Positions 8,830 through 17,217 of a stretch of 64,000 nt of DNA are shown piece after piece (positions within the stretch are counted from its first letter, which is position 1; every line of letters begins with the position of its first letter). The position numbers and the translations under genes are program-made. The stretch is from NCBI GenBank assembly GCA_024401535.1, contig JAKSKX010000005.1:85558-149557 (forward strand). Reading direction: 5' to 3'. The stretch comes from Paludibacteraceae bacterium (GTDB lineage: Bacteria > Bacteroidota > Bacteroidia > Bacteroidales > Paludibacteraceae). A model generated the notes under the pieces. That model did not search any database. It was not told the DNA's origin and saw only the letters and a list, made by a program, of their open reading frames with translations.

Positions 8830-9001
8830 TTTTTGATGAGGAAAAGACAAATGTTTTTTCTAGAAAAAAATCGTATTCCTCTGTTTGATAATCATCCGGT
8901 TTGAATCATGTTTGAATTGGCTGCGGTAAGATGATGGTCAAAATACAAGGAAGAACAATAGAGACAAAATATATTTTCAACAATAATAAAAGCAAACAAA
9001 A

Positions 9002-9451
9002 ATGGCATTATTTGACATAATAAGCGAGGACATCAAGAAGGCTATGATTGCAAAAGACAAAGTAGCTCTTGAGGCATTGCGTGGCGTAAAGAAAGAGTTT
9101 CTAGAGGCAAAGACGGCAAAGGGCTCTACAGGTGAACTTACTGACGATGCAGCGTTGAAAATACTTCAGAAGATGGTGAAGCAGCGCAAGGAGTCCGCTC
9201 AGATTTTTACAGAGCAGAATCGTGCTGACTTGGCAGAGAACGAGCTTGCCGAGGCTTCTGTAATCGAGAAGTATCTTCCTGCTAAGCTTTCTGACGCTGA
9301 ACTTGAGGCTGCGATCAAGGAAATTATCGCAGAGGTGGGCGCTACTTCTGCAAAAGAAATGGGCAAGGTTATGGGCGTTGCATCTAAGAAATTGGCTGGA
9401 AAGGCTGACGGAAAGGAAATATCGGAGAAGGTTAAGTCTTTGCTAGCTTAA
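9002..9451 (+). CDS. GatB/YqeY domain-containing protein
   Basis: 149 aa. The N-terminus MALFDIISEDIKKAMIAKDK..LEALRGVK and the overall K/E/A-rich helical pattern are typical of the YqeY family. Confidence 0.8.
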   Translation: MALFDIISEDIKKAMIAKDKVALEALRGVKKEFLEAKTAKGSTGELTDDAALKILQKMVKQRKESAQIFTEQNRADLAENELAEASVIEKYLPAKLSDAELEAAIKEIIAEVGATSAKEMGKVMGVASKKLAGKADGKEISEKVKSLLA

Positions 9452-9480
9452 TTCCTTCCGCTGGAATATGCAGTTATATG

Positions 9481-9520
9481 AGTGTGGAGTAGTGGCTTTT
9501 TGCAGTCATTACTCTACACT
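9481..9520 (+). terminator. 16-bp stem hairpin downstream of the yqeY-like gene
   Basis: AGTGTGGAGTAGTGGC / GTCATTACTCTACACT with three G-U pairs, which form only in the plus-strand RNA. A weak U-run follows (cgttttt). Confidence 0.45.
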
Positions 9521-9590
9521 TGTAAATCGTTTTTGAGTGATTTTTGAGTTTTTCTTTGCAATAATCACTAAAAAATCAAAAAATAGTGTG

Positions 9591-9598
9591 TAGTTTTG
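9591..9598 (+). promoter_or_regulatory. Bacteroidota -7 promoter box (TAnnTTTG): TAGTTTTG
   Basis: Exact match to the consensus, followed by CA. 31 nt upstream of the small ORF ATG at 9630. Confidence 0.5.
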
Positions 9599-9629
9599 CA
9601 CAATCTTATGTTTAATAAAGTTTAGAAAT

Positions 9630-9803
9630 ATGAATCAGTTATTAAGAAGCCTTGGCGCTGTACTAGTTTTGTTAGGTGTTCTTGTGTTGTTTATCTACTG
9701 GGCTACAGATGCAATTGCTAACGAGTGGCTTGTTGCTGCAGCTTTGCTTTTTGTATGCGGTCTTGTAGCGCACGTATTCTTCAACAAGAGATTTTTAGAC
9801 TAA
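9630..9803 (+). CDS. Small (57 aa) two-TM membrane protein, unknown function
   Basis: Not in the ORF track (under 60 aa). My translation: MNQLLRSLGAVLVLLGVLVLFIYWATDAIANEWLVAAALLFVCGLVAHVFFNKRFLD. Two clean hydrophobic helices, preceded by a TAGTTTTG -7 box at 9591-9598. Confidence 0.5.
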   Translation: MNQLLRSLGAVLVLLGVLVLFIYWATDAIANEWLVAAALLFVCGLVAHVFFNKRFLD

Positions 9804-9845
9804 TACATTCGGGGAATATCGCCGAATAACAATAAAGGACAAGAG

Positions 9846-11183
9846 ATGGCTCAGAAACTTTGGGACAAGGGTAAGGCTACAGATGCTGAAATCGAGAAGT
9901 TTACAGTAGGTCGCGACCGCGAGATGGACTTGTATCTTGCTAAAAGTGATGTGATGGGTTCTATGGCCCATATCACAATGCTTGAATCTATCGGTTTGAT
10001 AGGCAAGGACGAGCTGCCAGTGTTGTTGGCTGAGTTGAAGAAGATCTACAAACAGGCAGAGGAAGGCAAGTTTGTAATCGAAGAGGGTATCGAGGATGTT
10101 CACTCTCAGGTGGAGCTTATGCTTACACGTCAGCTTGGTGACCTTGGCAAGAAGATTCACAGCGGAAGAAGCCGTAACGATCAGGTGCTTCTTGATATGA
10201 AACTTTGGACCAGAGATATGATTCAGGAAGTTTCTGAGTCTGTCAAGGAATTGTTCGACACTCTGATTGAGCAGAGTGAAAAGTATAAGAATGTTCTTCT
10301 TCCTGGCTATACACACCTTCAGATAGCTATGCCTTCATCTTTTGGCTTGTGGTTCGGTGCGTATGCAGAGAGTTTCGCGGACGATATGGAACTTTTGCTT
10401 TCAGCTTGGAAGATAACAAACCGTAATCCTCTTGGCTCAGCCGCAGGATATGGTTCTTCGTTCCCTTTGAATCGCCAGATGACAACAGACTTGTTGGGAT
10501 TTGACTCTATGGACTACAACGTGGTCTATGCTCAGATGGGACGCGGTAAGATGGAGAAGATTGTCGCTTTCGCTTTGTCAAGCATAGCAGCAACCCTTTC
10601 GAAACTTGCTTTTGATGCCTGCATGTTCACATCACAGAACTTCGGTTTCTTGAAGCTGCCTGACGAGTGCACAACAGGTTCAAGTATCATGCCGCACAAG
10701 AAGAACCCAGACGTGTTCGAGCTAACAAGAGCAAAGTGTAACAAGATTCAGAGTCTTCCGTCGCAGATAATGATGATTGTCAACAACTTGCCAAGTGGAT
10801 ATTTCCGTGACCTTCAGATTATTAAGGAAATCTTTATGCCTTCTTTCGCAGAATTGCTTGACTGTTTGAAGATGGCTATACACACTATAAAAGGAGTTAA
10901 GGTAAACGAGCATATTCTTGACGACCCTAAGTATGATTTCATTTTCTCTGTAGAGGAGGTGAACCGTCTTGCTTTGGAGGGAATGCCATTCCGTGATGCC
11001 TACAAGAAAGTAGGTTTGGAATGCGAGGCTGGTGAATTTAAACCTAATAAGAATATTCATCACACACACGAGGGCAGTATCGGCAACCTTCGTAATGATG
11101 GAATCGTGGCACTTATGAACAAGACTATTTCAGAGTTCTCTTTTGATAAGGTTGCTGCAGCAAAAACTTCGCTATTGAAGTAA
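9846..11183 (+). CDS. argH: Argininosuccinate lyase
   Basis: SGRSRNDQV and GSSIMPHKKNPD fumarate-lyase signature blocks; 445 aa. Confidence 0.93.
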   Translation: MAQKLWDKGKATDAEIEKFTVGRDREMDLYLAKSDVMGSMAHITMLESIGLIGKDELPVLLAELKKIYKQAEEGKFVIEEGIEDVHSQVELMLTRQLGDLGKKIHSGRSRNDQVLLDMKLWTRDMIQEVSESVKELFDTLIEQSEKYKNVLLPGYTHLQIAMPSSFGLWFGAYAESFADDMELLLSAWKITNRNPLGSAAGYGSSFPLNRQMTTDLLGFDSMDYNVVYAQMGRGKMEKIVAFALSSIAATLSKLAFDACMFTSQNFGFLKLPDECTTGSSIMPHKKNPDVFELTRAKCNKIQSLPSQIMMIVNNLPSGYFRDLQIIKEIFMPSFAELLDCLKMAIHTIKGVKVNEHILDDPKYDFIFSVEEVNRLALEGMPFRDAYKKVGLECEAGEFKPNKNIHHTHEGSIGNLRNDGIVALMNKTISEFSFDKVAAAKTSLLK

Positions 11184-11219
11184 TATAAGGGGTAAAAGTC
11201 CCCGTTTAATATGTAAGAT

Positions 11220-11585
11220 ATGAATTTTGTAGAGACAGATATACTTGTAGAAAAGATAGTTGAGGGAATGCAGGAAGTTAAGGCGAAGAAGATTGTCACT
11301 TTGGACATGAGCGAGCTTGATACATATTCTTGTCCCCATTTCGTAATCTGTGAGGGTAATTCAACTTCTCAGGTTACAGCTATTGCTGATTCGGTTCGCC
11401 GTTACGTTCGTGAGCAGATTCAGGTTCATCCAATCATAACTGACGGATACCAGAACGCTCAGTGGATAGCAGTGGATTATGGTGAGGTTATCGTGCATAT
11501 CATGTTGCCTGAGCTTCGCGAGTTCTATGCTATTGAGGAGTTGTGGGCTGATGGTAAGAAGGTTGTTGTGCCTGATTTGGACTAA
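11220..11585 (+). CDS. rsfS: Ribosome silencing factor RsfS
   Basis: 121 aa. The blocks FVICEGNSTSQVTAIADSV and WIAVDYGEVIVHIMLPELREFYAIEELW are typical of RsfS/iojap. Confidence 0.9.
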   Translation: MNFVETDILVEKIVEGMQEVKAKKIVTLDMSELDTYSCPHFVICEGNSTSQVTAIADSVRRYVREQIQVHPIITDGYQNAQWIAVDYGEVIVHIMLPELREFYAIEELWADGKKVVVPDLD

Positions 11586-11609
11586 AACAAGTAATTCGAT
11601 AATTTGAGT

Positions 11610-13646
11610 ATGGCTTCAGACAATAATACTGAAAATAAATCTAAAAAACCGAACCTAGGTTCTCCGTGGTATGGTTGGCTGTATGCGGCTATTGCTGTGA
11701 TGCTTGCCTATTTCATCTTCACTGGTGACGCTCCTTCCGGCAAGGAAGTGAGCTATAACGAGATTCGCACCTTGGTCGAGCACAATGCGGTAGAGTCTAT
11801 TACCGTTGTGACAAACGAACGTGTAGCGATGGCGAAGATTAAGGATGGAAAGATGTACGAAGCATTCGCAGGCGAGGATTCCTCAAAGTACAGAAACAAT
11901 CCGAAAGTGATGGTTAAGATTCCTTCTGCAGACAAGTTTTCTGAGAATCTTGAGGAGTGGGAATTGACCAATGGCGTTGATCAGGTTAAGGTTACGTTCA
12001 CAGAGAATGAAGACTGGGTGAAAGGTTTTCTGTTTTCGTTTGGGCCATTCATCTTCCTTTTAGTCATTTATTTCTTCCTAATGCGCAGAATGACTGGCGG
12101 TGGAGGACCTGGAGGTGTTTTCAGTGTCGGAAAGAGTCGTGCCAAGCTTGTTGAGAAGGGCGGAGACAACAAAGTTACATTCAAGGATGTCGCCGGACTT
12201 GGTGAGGCAAAGCAGGAAGTTGAGGAAATAGTTGCCTTCTTGAAGAATCCTGCAAAATATACGGAGCTTGGAGGAAAGATTCCTAAGGGTGCTATCTTGG
12301 CCGGCCCTCCGGGAACAGGAAAAACTCTGCTTGCTAAGGCTGTAGCCGGTGAGGCTGACGTTCCTTTCTTCTCTTTGTCAGGTTCAGATTTCGTAGAGAT
12401 GTTTGTCGGAGTTGGTGCTAGCCGTGTTCGTGACTTGTTCCGTCAAGCTAAGGAGAAGGCACCATGTATTATCTTCATCGATGAGATTGACGCTGTAGGT
12501 CGCGCCCGTGGAAAGAATCCAAGCATGGGAGGAAATGATGAGCGAGAGAGTACTCTAAACCAGCTGCTTACAGAGATGGACGGTTTCGGTACTAACAGCG
12601 GAGTTATTATTCTAGCGGCTACAAACCGAGTTGATATTCTTGACAAGGCATTGCTTCGAGCAGGACGTTTCGACAGACAGATTAGTGTTGATCTTCCTGA
12701 TGTCAATGACCGAAAGGCTATCTTTAATGTTCATTTGTCAAAGTTGAAGCTTGATGCTGACATTGATGTAGATTTCCTTGCTCGACAGACTCCGGGATTC
12801 AGTGGTGCTGACATTGCTAATGTATGTAACGAGGCGGCTCTTATAGCTGCGCGTCACGATAAGAAAACTGTAACTAAGGATGACTTCTTGAGCGCAGTTG
12901 ACCGAATCATCGGAGGTCTTGAAAAGAAAAACAAGATTATCACTAAGGAGGAGAAGCGTTCTATTGCTATACACGAGGCAGGTCATGCAACTATAAGCTG
13001 GATGCTTCAGTATGCTGACCCTTTGGTCAAGGTTACTATTGTTCCGCGTGGTATGGCTCTTGGTGCTGCATGGTATCTGCCGGAGGAAAGACAGCTGATT
13101 ACAAAGGAGAATTTGCTTGACAAGATGTGTTCTTTGCTTGGTGGTCGTGCCGCTGAAGACTTGTTCATTGGTTCTATTGGCACAGGAGCTGCAAATGACC
13201 TTGAACGCACTACAAAGCAGGCTTACGCTATGGTTGCCTATTATGGTATGAGCGACAGTTTGAAGAATGTATGCTACTATGATTCTCAAGACAGTTATGC
13301 CTTCACTAAGCCATATTCCGACAGTACTGCACAACTTATTGATTCGGAGGTCAAGAAATTGATTAACGAGCAGTATGAGCGTGCTAAGAAGGTTCTTGAG
13401 GAGAATGCGGAAGGCCACCGTCAGTTGGCTGAGCTTCTGGTAGAGAAGGAGGTGATTTTTGCCGAGGATCTTGAGCGCATATTCGGAAAGCGCAAATGGA
13501 CTTCTCGTGCCGAGGAGATAATCAAGGAGAATGAGGAAATTGCTGCCAAGGAAAAGGCAGACTCTTCCGAAGATTCCTTTGATTCCGAGTCAAGCGAAAG
13601 CGAGAGCGAGGAATCAAATATAGAGAAAACAGATTCAAAAGAATAG
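11610..13646 (+). CDS. ftsH: ATP-dependent zinc metalloprotease FtsH
   Basis: Walker [24 protein letters not shown], and zinc site HEAGHA. ATG at 11610 is preferred over the TTG at 11604. Acidic S/E-rich C-terminal tail. Confidence 0.95.
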   Translation: MASDNNTENKSKKPNLGSPWYGWLYAAIAVMLAYFIFTGDAPSGKEVSYNEIRTLVEHNAVESITVVTNERVAMAKIKDGKMYEAFAGEDSSKYRNNPKVMVKIPSADKFSENLEEWELTNGVDQVKVTFTENEDWVKGFLFSFGPFIFLLVIYFFLMRRMTGGGGPGGVFSVGKSRAKLVEKGGDNKVTFKDVAGLGEAKQEVEEIVAFLKNPAKYTELGGKIPKGAILAGPPGTGKTLLAKAVAGEADVPFFSLSGSDFVEMFVGVGASRVRDLFRQAKEKAPCIIFIDEIDAVGRARGKNPSMGGNDERESTLNQLLTEMDGFGTNSGVIILAATNRVDILDKALLRAGRFDRQISVDLPDVNDRKAIFNVHLSKLKLDADIDVDFLARQTPGFSGADIANVCNEAALIAARHDKKTVTKDDFLSAVDRIIGGLEKKNKIITKEEKRSIAIHEAGHATISWMLQYADPLVKVTIVPRGMALGAAWYLPEERQLITKENLLDKMCSLLGGRAAEDLFIGSIGTGAANDLERTTKQAYAMVAYYGMSDSLKNVCYYDSQDSYAFTKPYSDSTAQLIDSEVKKLINEQYERAKKVLEENAEGHRQLAELLVEKEVIFAEDLERIFGKRKWTSRAEEIIKENEEIAAKEKADSSEDSFDSESSESESEESNIEKTDSKE

Positions 13647-13654
13647 CAGAAACA

Positions 13655-13686
13655 AAGAGAGTAGGGGTGCCCTCTCTCTTGTTTTC
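13655..13686 (+). terminator. Hairpin plus U-run after ftsH
   Basis: AAGAGAG(T)AGGG gtg CCCTCTCTCTT followed by gtttt. Confidence 0.5.
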
Positions 13687-13752
13687 GTGTTTATCAATCC
13701 CGTAAAGGGTAAACTAATACATAAAACAAAGGACAATAAAAACAAACAAAGT

Positions 13753-16269
13753 ATGAGAACTAAAATTTTCTTTCTACTGACGTTTATTTTCAGCACTCTG
13801 GCTTCTTTTGCACAGGGATACTATATGCGTGGAAGGGTTATAGATGCAAAGACTACAGAGCCAATACCGTTTGCTACTGTGGCCCTGCTAGACGCTCAAA
13901 ATGTTGCTGTGTATGGAACATTGACAGATGACAATGGTAAATTCGAGTTCTTGAATGTTAAAGAAAACGAATATACAATCTCGGTTTCGTTTGTAGGATA
14001 CAAAGAGTATGCAAACAAAGTCACTCCGGTGATGTTGAAGAGAGAGGGAGGAGCAAAATTGTCTATCAAGATGCGTGAGGATATATCTCTTCTTACTGAA
14101 TATGAGGTTGTCGGAACAAGGACAAACCTTCAGATGGATGTGGACAAGAAGACTTTTGTGGTCAGCGAGTCAGCAATGACAGCCGGAGTCTCTGCTACAG
14201 ACCTTCTTCGTGACATTCCTACTGTTGATGTGGACTTGGATGGTAATGTCTCTCTCCGTAACAACGAGAATGTAGAGGTGTTTATCAACGGCAAGAGTGC
14301 AGGCCTTTCTTCTGAAACACAGGGAGACTTGTTGGAGCAGTTCCCTGCTGGAAGTATCGAGAAGGTTGAAATCATAACCAATCCGTCGTCTAAGTATTCT
14401 GCCGAAGGTTCTGCCGGAATTATCAATATCGTATTGAAGAAGGATGCAAAACCAGGAGTGTTCGGAACAATAAGCGCAGGTGTTTCATATCCATGGGAAG
14501 GTAAGGTCGGAGGTAATGTTGGCGCTGGCCTTACAGTTACCAAGGGAAAGTGGACTTACATTGCTTCTCTAGGATGGCAGAGAAAGACTTTCCATGGAAC
14601 AAGTGACATCAAGCGCGAGAACTACAAGGACGAGGACACAACTTTCATTTATACAGACGGATTCAGGGATTTCAGAATCAATTCGTTCTTTGGAAGGTTG
14701 AGTGCTGACTGCCAGATCAACGATAATAACAGAATCGGTGTTTCGGGACTTCTTTCTTTGGGCAAGAACAATCGTGCCGAGGACTTGAACTATCAGTATG
14801 GAAACATTTTTGGTTCTGTCTATGAAAAGAATCTTCTTTCCCATCGTTTGGGAGATGGAGAGTCTCCGAGAAACATGTTCAACCTTAAGTTGGACTATGG
14901 CCACAACTTCTCAAAGACAGCAGACATCTTGTTCCAGGCCCAGTATTCGCAGAACAATACGGACAACAGCACTGATTTCATTCAGGAGTATTACGATTAC
15001 TTGACAGGTCAGGAGTTGGTTGACCGATATTCTCAGCAGATTCAGGACAATGAGCGCACTCGCAGCAACACTTTACTGTCAGTAGATTACACAAAGGCTG
15101 TAGGCCAGCTTTCAAAGTTGGAGTTGGGATTGAACGCCAACCTCCAGACTGAGAGCAATGATGTTGTTTACAGACAGAAGCTTGGCGGTGCTTCGGACTA
15201 TGAAATCCATCCGGGTTTGACAAGTGACTTCACTTTGTACCAGAACATCTATGCGTTCTATGGAATGTGGAGCCAGACATACAAGCGTTTTTCATATAAG
15301 GCAGGTCTCCGTGGAGAGCTTTCCGATGTTTCCTGGAAGCAGAAGAGTACAAATTCCAAGGACAATATCGAGCCTTACACTAACCTGTTCCCTTCGTTGT
15401 TCGTCAGCTACAAGTTCTCTGACCGCGACGAACTGCAGTTCAGTGGGTTGAAGAGAATCTCCCGTCCTCGTGGTTTCAGGCTGAATCCGAACCCTAACAT
15501 GAGTGACTCGAGTAACATCTCTTACGGAAATCCGGATTTGATGCCTGAGCGTACTACGTCACTAGAGATGAACTACCTTCACACAACACCCAAAGACCAT
15601 GTCTATACAGCTTCGATTTATTACAGATTTACAGACGATGTGGTCGAGCAGTACAGCTGGATTGATGGAAATGCATTCAAGAGTACCTATGCGAATTTGA
15701 ACAAGTCACATTCTGCCGGTCTCGAGCTAATTGCAAAGAACAAGTTCAAGCCTGTCACATTCACAACTAACTTCAACCTCTACAACTATAATCTTGTGGG
15801 AGGAGTTGATAGTGCGGCAGTACTTATGGATGACGGTAGAGTAGAGGTTATGTATTTCGAGCTTCGCGAGCGTCATGGTTTCACTTGGAACGCAAAGGAG
15901 AGCGTTGATATCCGTCTGCCTTACGATATTAGCGGTCAGTTCTCTTTGAACTATCGTTCGCCAAGGGTTGCTGCGCAGGGAACAACAAAGCAGGAGTTTG
16001 TAATGAACATTGGCTTCAAGCGTCCGTTCTTTGACAGAAAGCTTAACCTTTCATTGTCTGTTCGAGACATCACCAATTCTAGAAACAGAGATGTCGTTAC
16101 TTATGGCGAGCAGTTCCATCAGAGGTCTATCAGCAAGAGAAACAGCCGTACATTGGCGTTTACTGCAACTTATAACTTCGGTACTGGCAACAAGGACAAG
16201 AAGGGAAAGAAGGGCAAGGACACTGATTCGTCAAGAGACGATGATATGATGATGGACGACTTCGACTAG
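13753..16269 (+). CDS. Outer-membrane beta-barrel (TonB-dependent-receptor-like) protein with N-terminal carboxypeptidase-regulatory-like domain
   Basis: Signal peptide MRTKIFFLLTFIFSTLASFA. CarboxypepD_reg-like RGRVIDAKTTEPIPFATVAL, plug-like region, long beta-strand-rich body, and terminal strand LAFTATYNF followed by a K/D-rich tail. ATG at 13753 is preferred over the GTG at 13687. Confidence 0.8.
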   Translation: MRTKIFFLLTFIFSTLASFAQGYYMRGRVIDAKTTEPIPFATVALLDAQNVAVYGTLTDDNGKFEFLNVKENEYTISVSFVGYKEYANKVTPVMLKREGGAKLSIKMREDISLLTEYEVVGTRTNLQMDVDKKTFVVSESAMTAGVSATDLLRDIPTVDVDLDGNVSLRNNENVEVFINGKSAGLSSETQGDLLEQFPAGSIEKVEIITNPSSKYSAEGSAGIINIVLKKDAKPGVFGTISAGVSYPWEGKVGGNVGAGLTVTKGKWTYIASLGWQRKTFHGTSDIKRENYKDEDTTFIYTDGFRDFRINSFFGRLSADCQINDNNRIGVSGLLSLGKNNRAEDLNYQYGNIFGSVYEKNLLSHRLGDGESPRNMFNLKLDYGHNFSKTADILFQAQYSQNNTDNSTDFIQEYYDYLTGQELVDRYSQQIQDNERTRSNTLLSVDYTKAVGQLSKLELGLNANLQTESNDVVYRQKLGGASDYEIHPGLTSDFTLYQNIYAFYGMWSQTYKRFSYKAGLRGELSDVSWKQKSTNSKDNIEPYTNLFPSLFVSYKFSDRDELQFSGLKRISRPRGFRLNPNPNMSDSSNISYGNPDLMPERTTSLEMNYLHTTPKDHVYTASIYYRFTDDVVEQYSWIDGNAFKSTYANLNKSHSAGLELIAKNKFKPVTFTTNFNLYNYNLVGGVDSAAVLMDDGRVEVMYFELRERHGFTWNAKESVDIRLPYDISGQFSLNYRSPRVAAQGTTKQEFVMNIGFKRPFFDRKLNLSLSVRDITNSRNRDVVTYGEQFHQRSISKRNSRTLAFTATYNFGTGNKDKKGKKGKDTDSSRDDDMMMDDFD

Positions 16270-16299
16270 TCGAACGAACATATAGGCTGAAAACAGGTG

Positions 16300-16335
16300 A
16301 ACCCTGCTCCATAATGGAGTGGGGTTTCTTTTTTA
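16300..16335 (+). terminator. Rho-independent terminator after the beta-barrel receptor gene
   Basis: AACCCTGCTCC ataat GGAGTGGGGTT followed by TCTTTTTT. Confidence 0.65.
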
Positions 16336-16406
16336 ATAACAGAAAATTTGGAGGAGCCTTGCAACTTGTTTTTTCTTTGTAGTGGCATACAAGTAGTGAA
16401 ATTTTA

Positions 16407-16468
16407 TTTTCCTTTTGCCCTCAGATTACTATTGAATGCGAAATATAAGTTTCCTTTTTGCTCTCAAA
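16407..16468 (+). repeat. Two direct copies of a TTTCCTTTT(T)GC(C/T)CTCA(G/A)A motif about 43 bp apart
   Basis: Copies at 16407-16425 (ttttccttttgccctcaga) and 16450-16468 (gtttcctttttgctctcaaa), in the 477-bp region upstream of the 16747 gene. Confidence 0.5.
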
Positions 16469-16746
16469 TGTGTTTGACACAGAAATGATTTTTGTTTTTT
16501 TTCAAAAGAATATGACTTGATATAAAAATAAATTCTTTTTTTGCATTCTCGTTGTCAACATTGTCAAATAAATGTTTGAGTAGCCTAATGAAATTTGTCT
16601 AGTATTAAAAATGAACAAAAAATGGTGAAATGTATAAAAAAATGGTGAGTTGGGATAAAAAATCTTGTATCCCCCCCTTTGTGTATGACCTTTTTTATTT
16701 AATTTCGCACAAAATTTTATATATCTGGGACAATATATCTAAAACA

Positions 16747-17214
16747 ATGAATTATAAGAGAAGTATCTTTTCTATTGCATTGTTGCTTGGTTCATTGGCG
16801 GTTCAGGCCGACCCAACCTATGTGACAATAGAGCAGAAAAGCGGCAGCAAGATAGACTTCTTGTTGTCAGAGAATCCGGTGTTTACATTCAGTAAAGGAG
16901 ACCTTGTTGTAAACGGAGATGCAAAGACATCCTATGCAGTCAGCGGAGTGAAGAACTATCATTTCACAAACACTGTGACAGACCTTGGGAAAGTGGCTGC
17001 AAACAGTCTTCGAGTTGTCTATGTTGACAAGTCAACAATCAAGGTTCAGAATGCAGAGGCTTCTGCAGTCGTGTCACTAGTCGATGCAACTGGCAAGGTT
17101 GTTTTGTCGGCAAAGACTGACAGCGAGGGAAGTGCAACAGTAGGTTTGCCACAGGTCAAGGGTGTCTATGTCCTAACAGTGGCAGACAAGTCATTCAAAG
17201 TAATTCGCAAGTAA
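16747..17214 (+). CDS. Small secreted protein with T9SS type A C-terminal sorting domain
   Basis: Signal peptide MNYKRSIFSIALLLGSLAVQA. The C-terminus VSLVDATGKVVLS...VKGVYVLTVADKSFKVIRK fits the Por/T9SS CTD pattern. The internal ATG at 16747 is preferred over the ORF-track start at 16630. Confidence 0.7.
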   Translation: MNYKRSIFSIALLLGSLAVQADPTYVTIEQKSGSKIDFLLSENPVFTFSKGDLVVNGDAKTSYAVSGVKNYHFTNTVTDLGKVAANSLRVVYVDKSTIKVQNAEASAVVSLVDATGKVVLSAKTDSEGSATVGLPQVKGVYVLTVADKSFKVIRK

Positions 17215-17217
17215 GGT

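Noticed and set aside
8854-8869. A perfect 16-bp palindrome, TTTTTTCTAGAAAAAA, after ftsZ-2.
   Set aside because: It is almost pure A/T, so the hairpin would be very weak. It is probably chance in an AT-rich spacer and is not a credible terminator on its own.
12738-13418. A 226-aa ORF antisense to ftsH. Similar long antisense ORFs occur at 9795-10316 (argH), 41325-41927 (PNP), 7473-8006 (ftsZ-2), 5423-5920 (ftsA) and 55109-55552 (SRPBCC).
   Set aside because: Each overlaps a strongly motif-supported gene on the opposite strand and has implausible composition with no recognisable domain.
13687-13752. N-terminal extensions in the ORF track: 13687 (GTG), 16630, 37960, 58980 (TTG), 5915 (GTG), 11604 (TTG) and 55112.
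   Set aside because: In each case an internal ATG gives a canonical signal peptide or the conserved family N-terminus. The extension also overlaps a terminator, hairpin or promoter box.
16170-16266. A charged tail (GTGNKDKKGKKGKDTDSSRDDDMMMDDFD) after the last beta-strand (LAFTATYNF) of the outer-membrane barrel.
   Set aside because: From memory, short K/D-rich extensions after the terminal YxF strand are common in this beta-barrel family. Without a comparison I cannot call it unusual.
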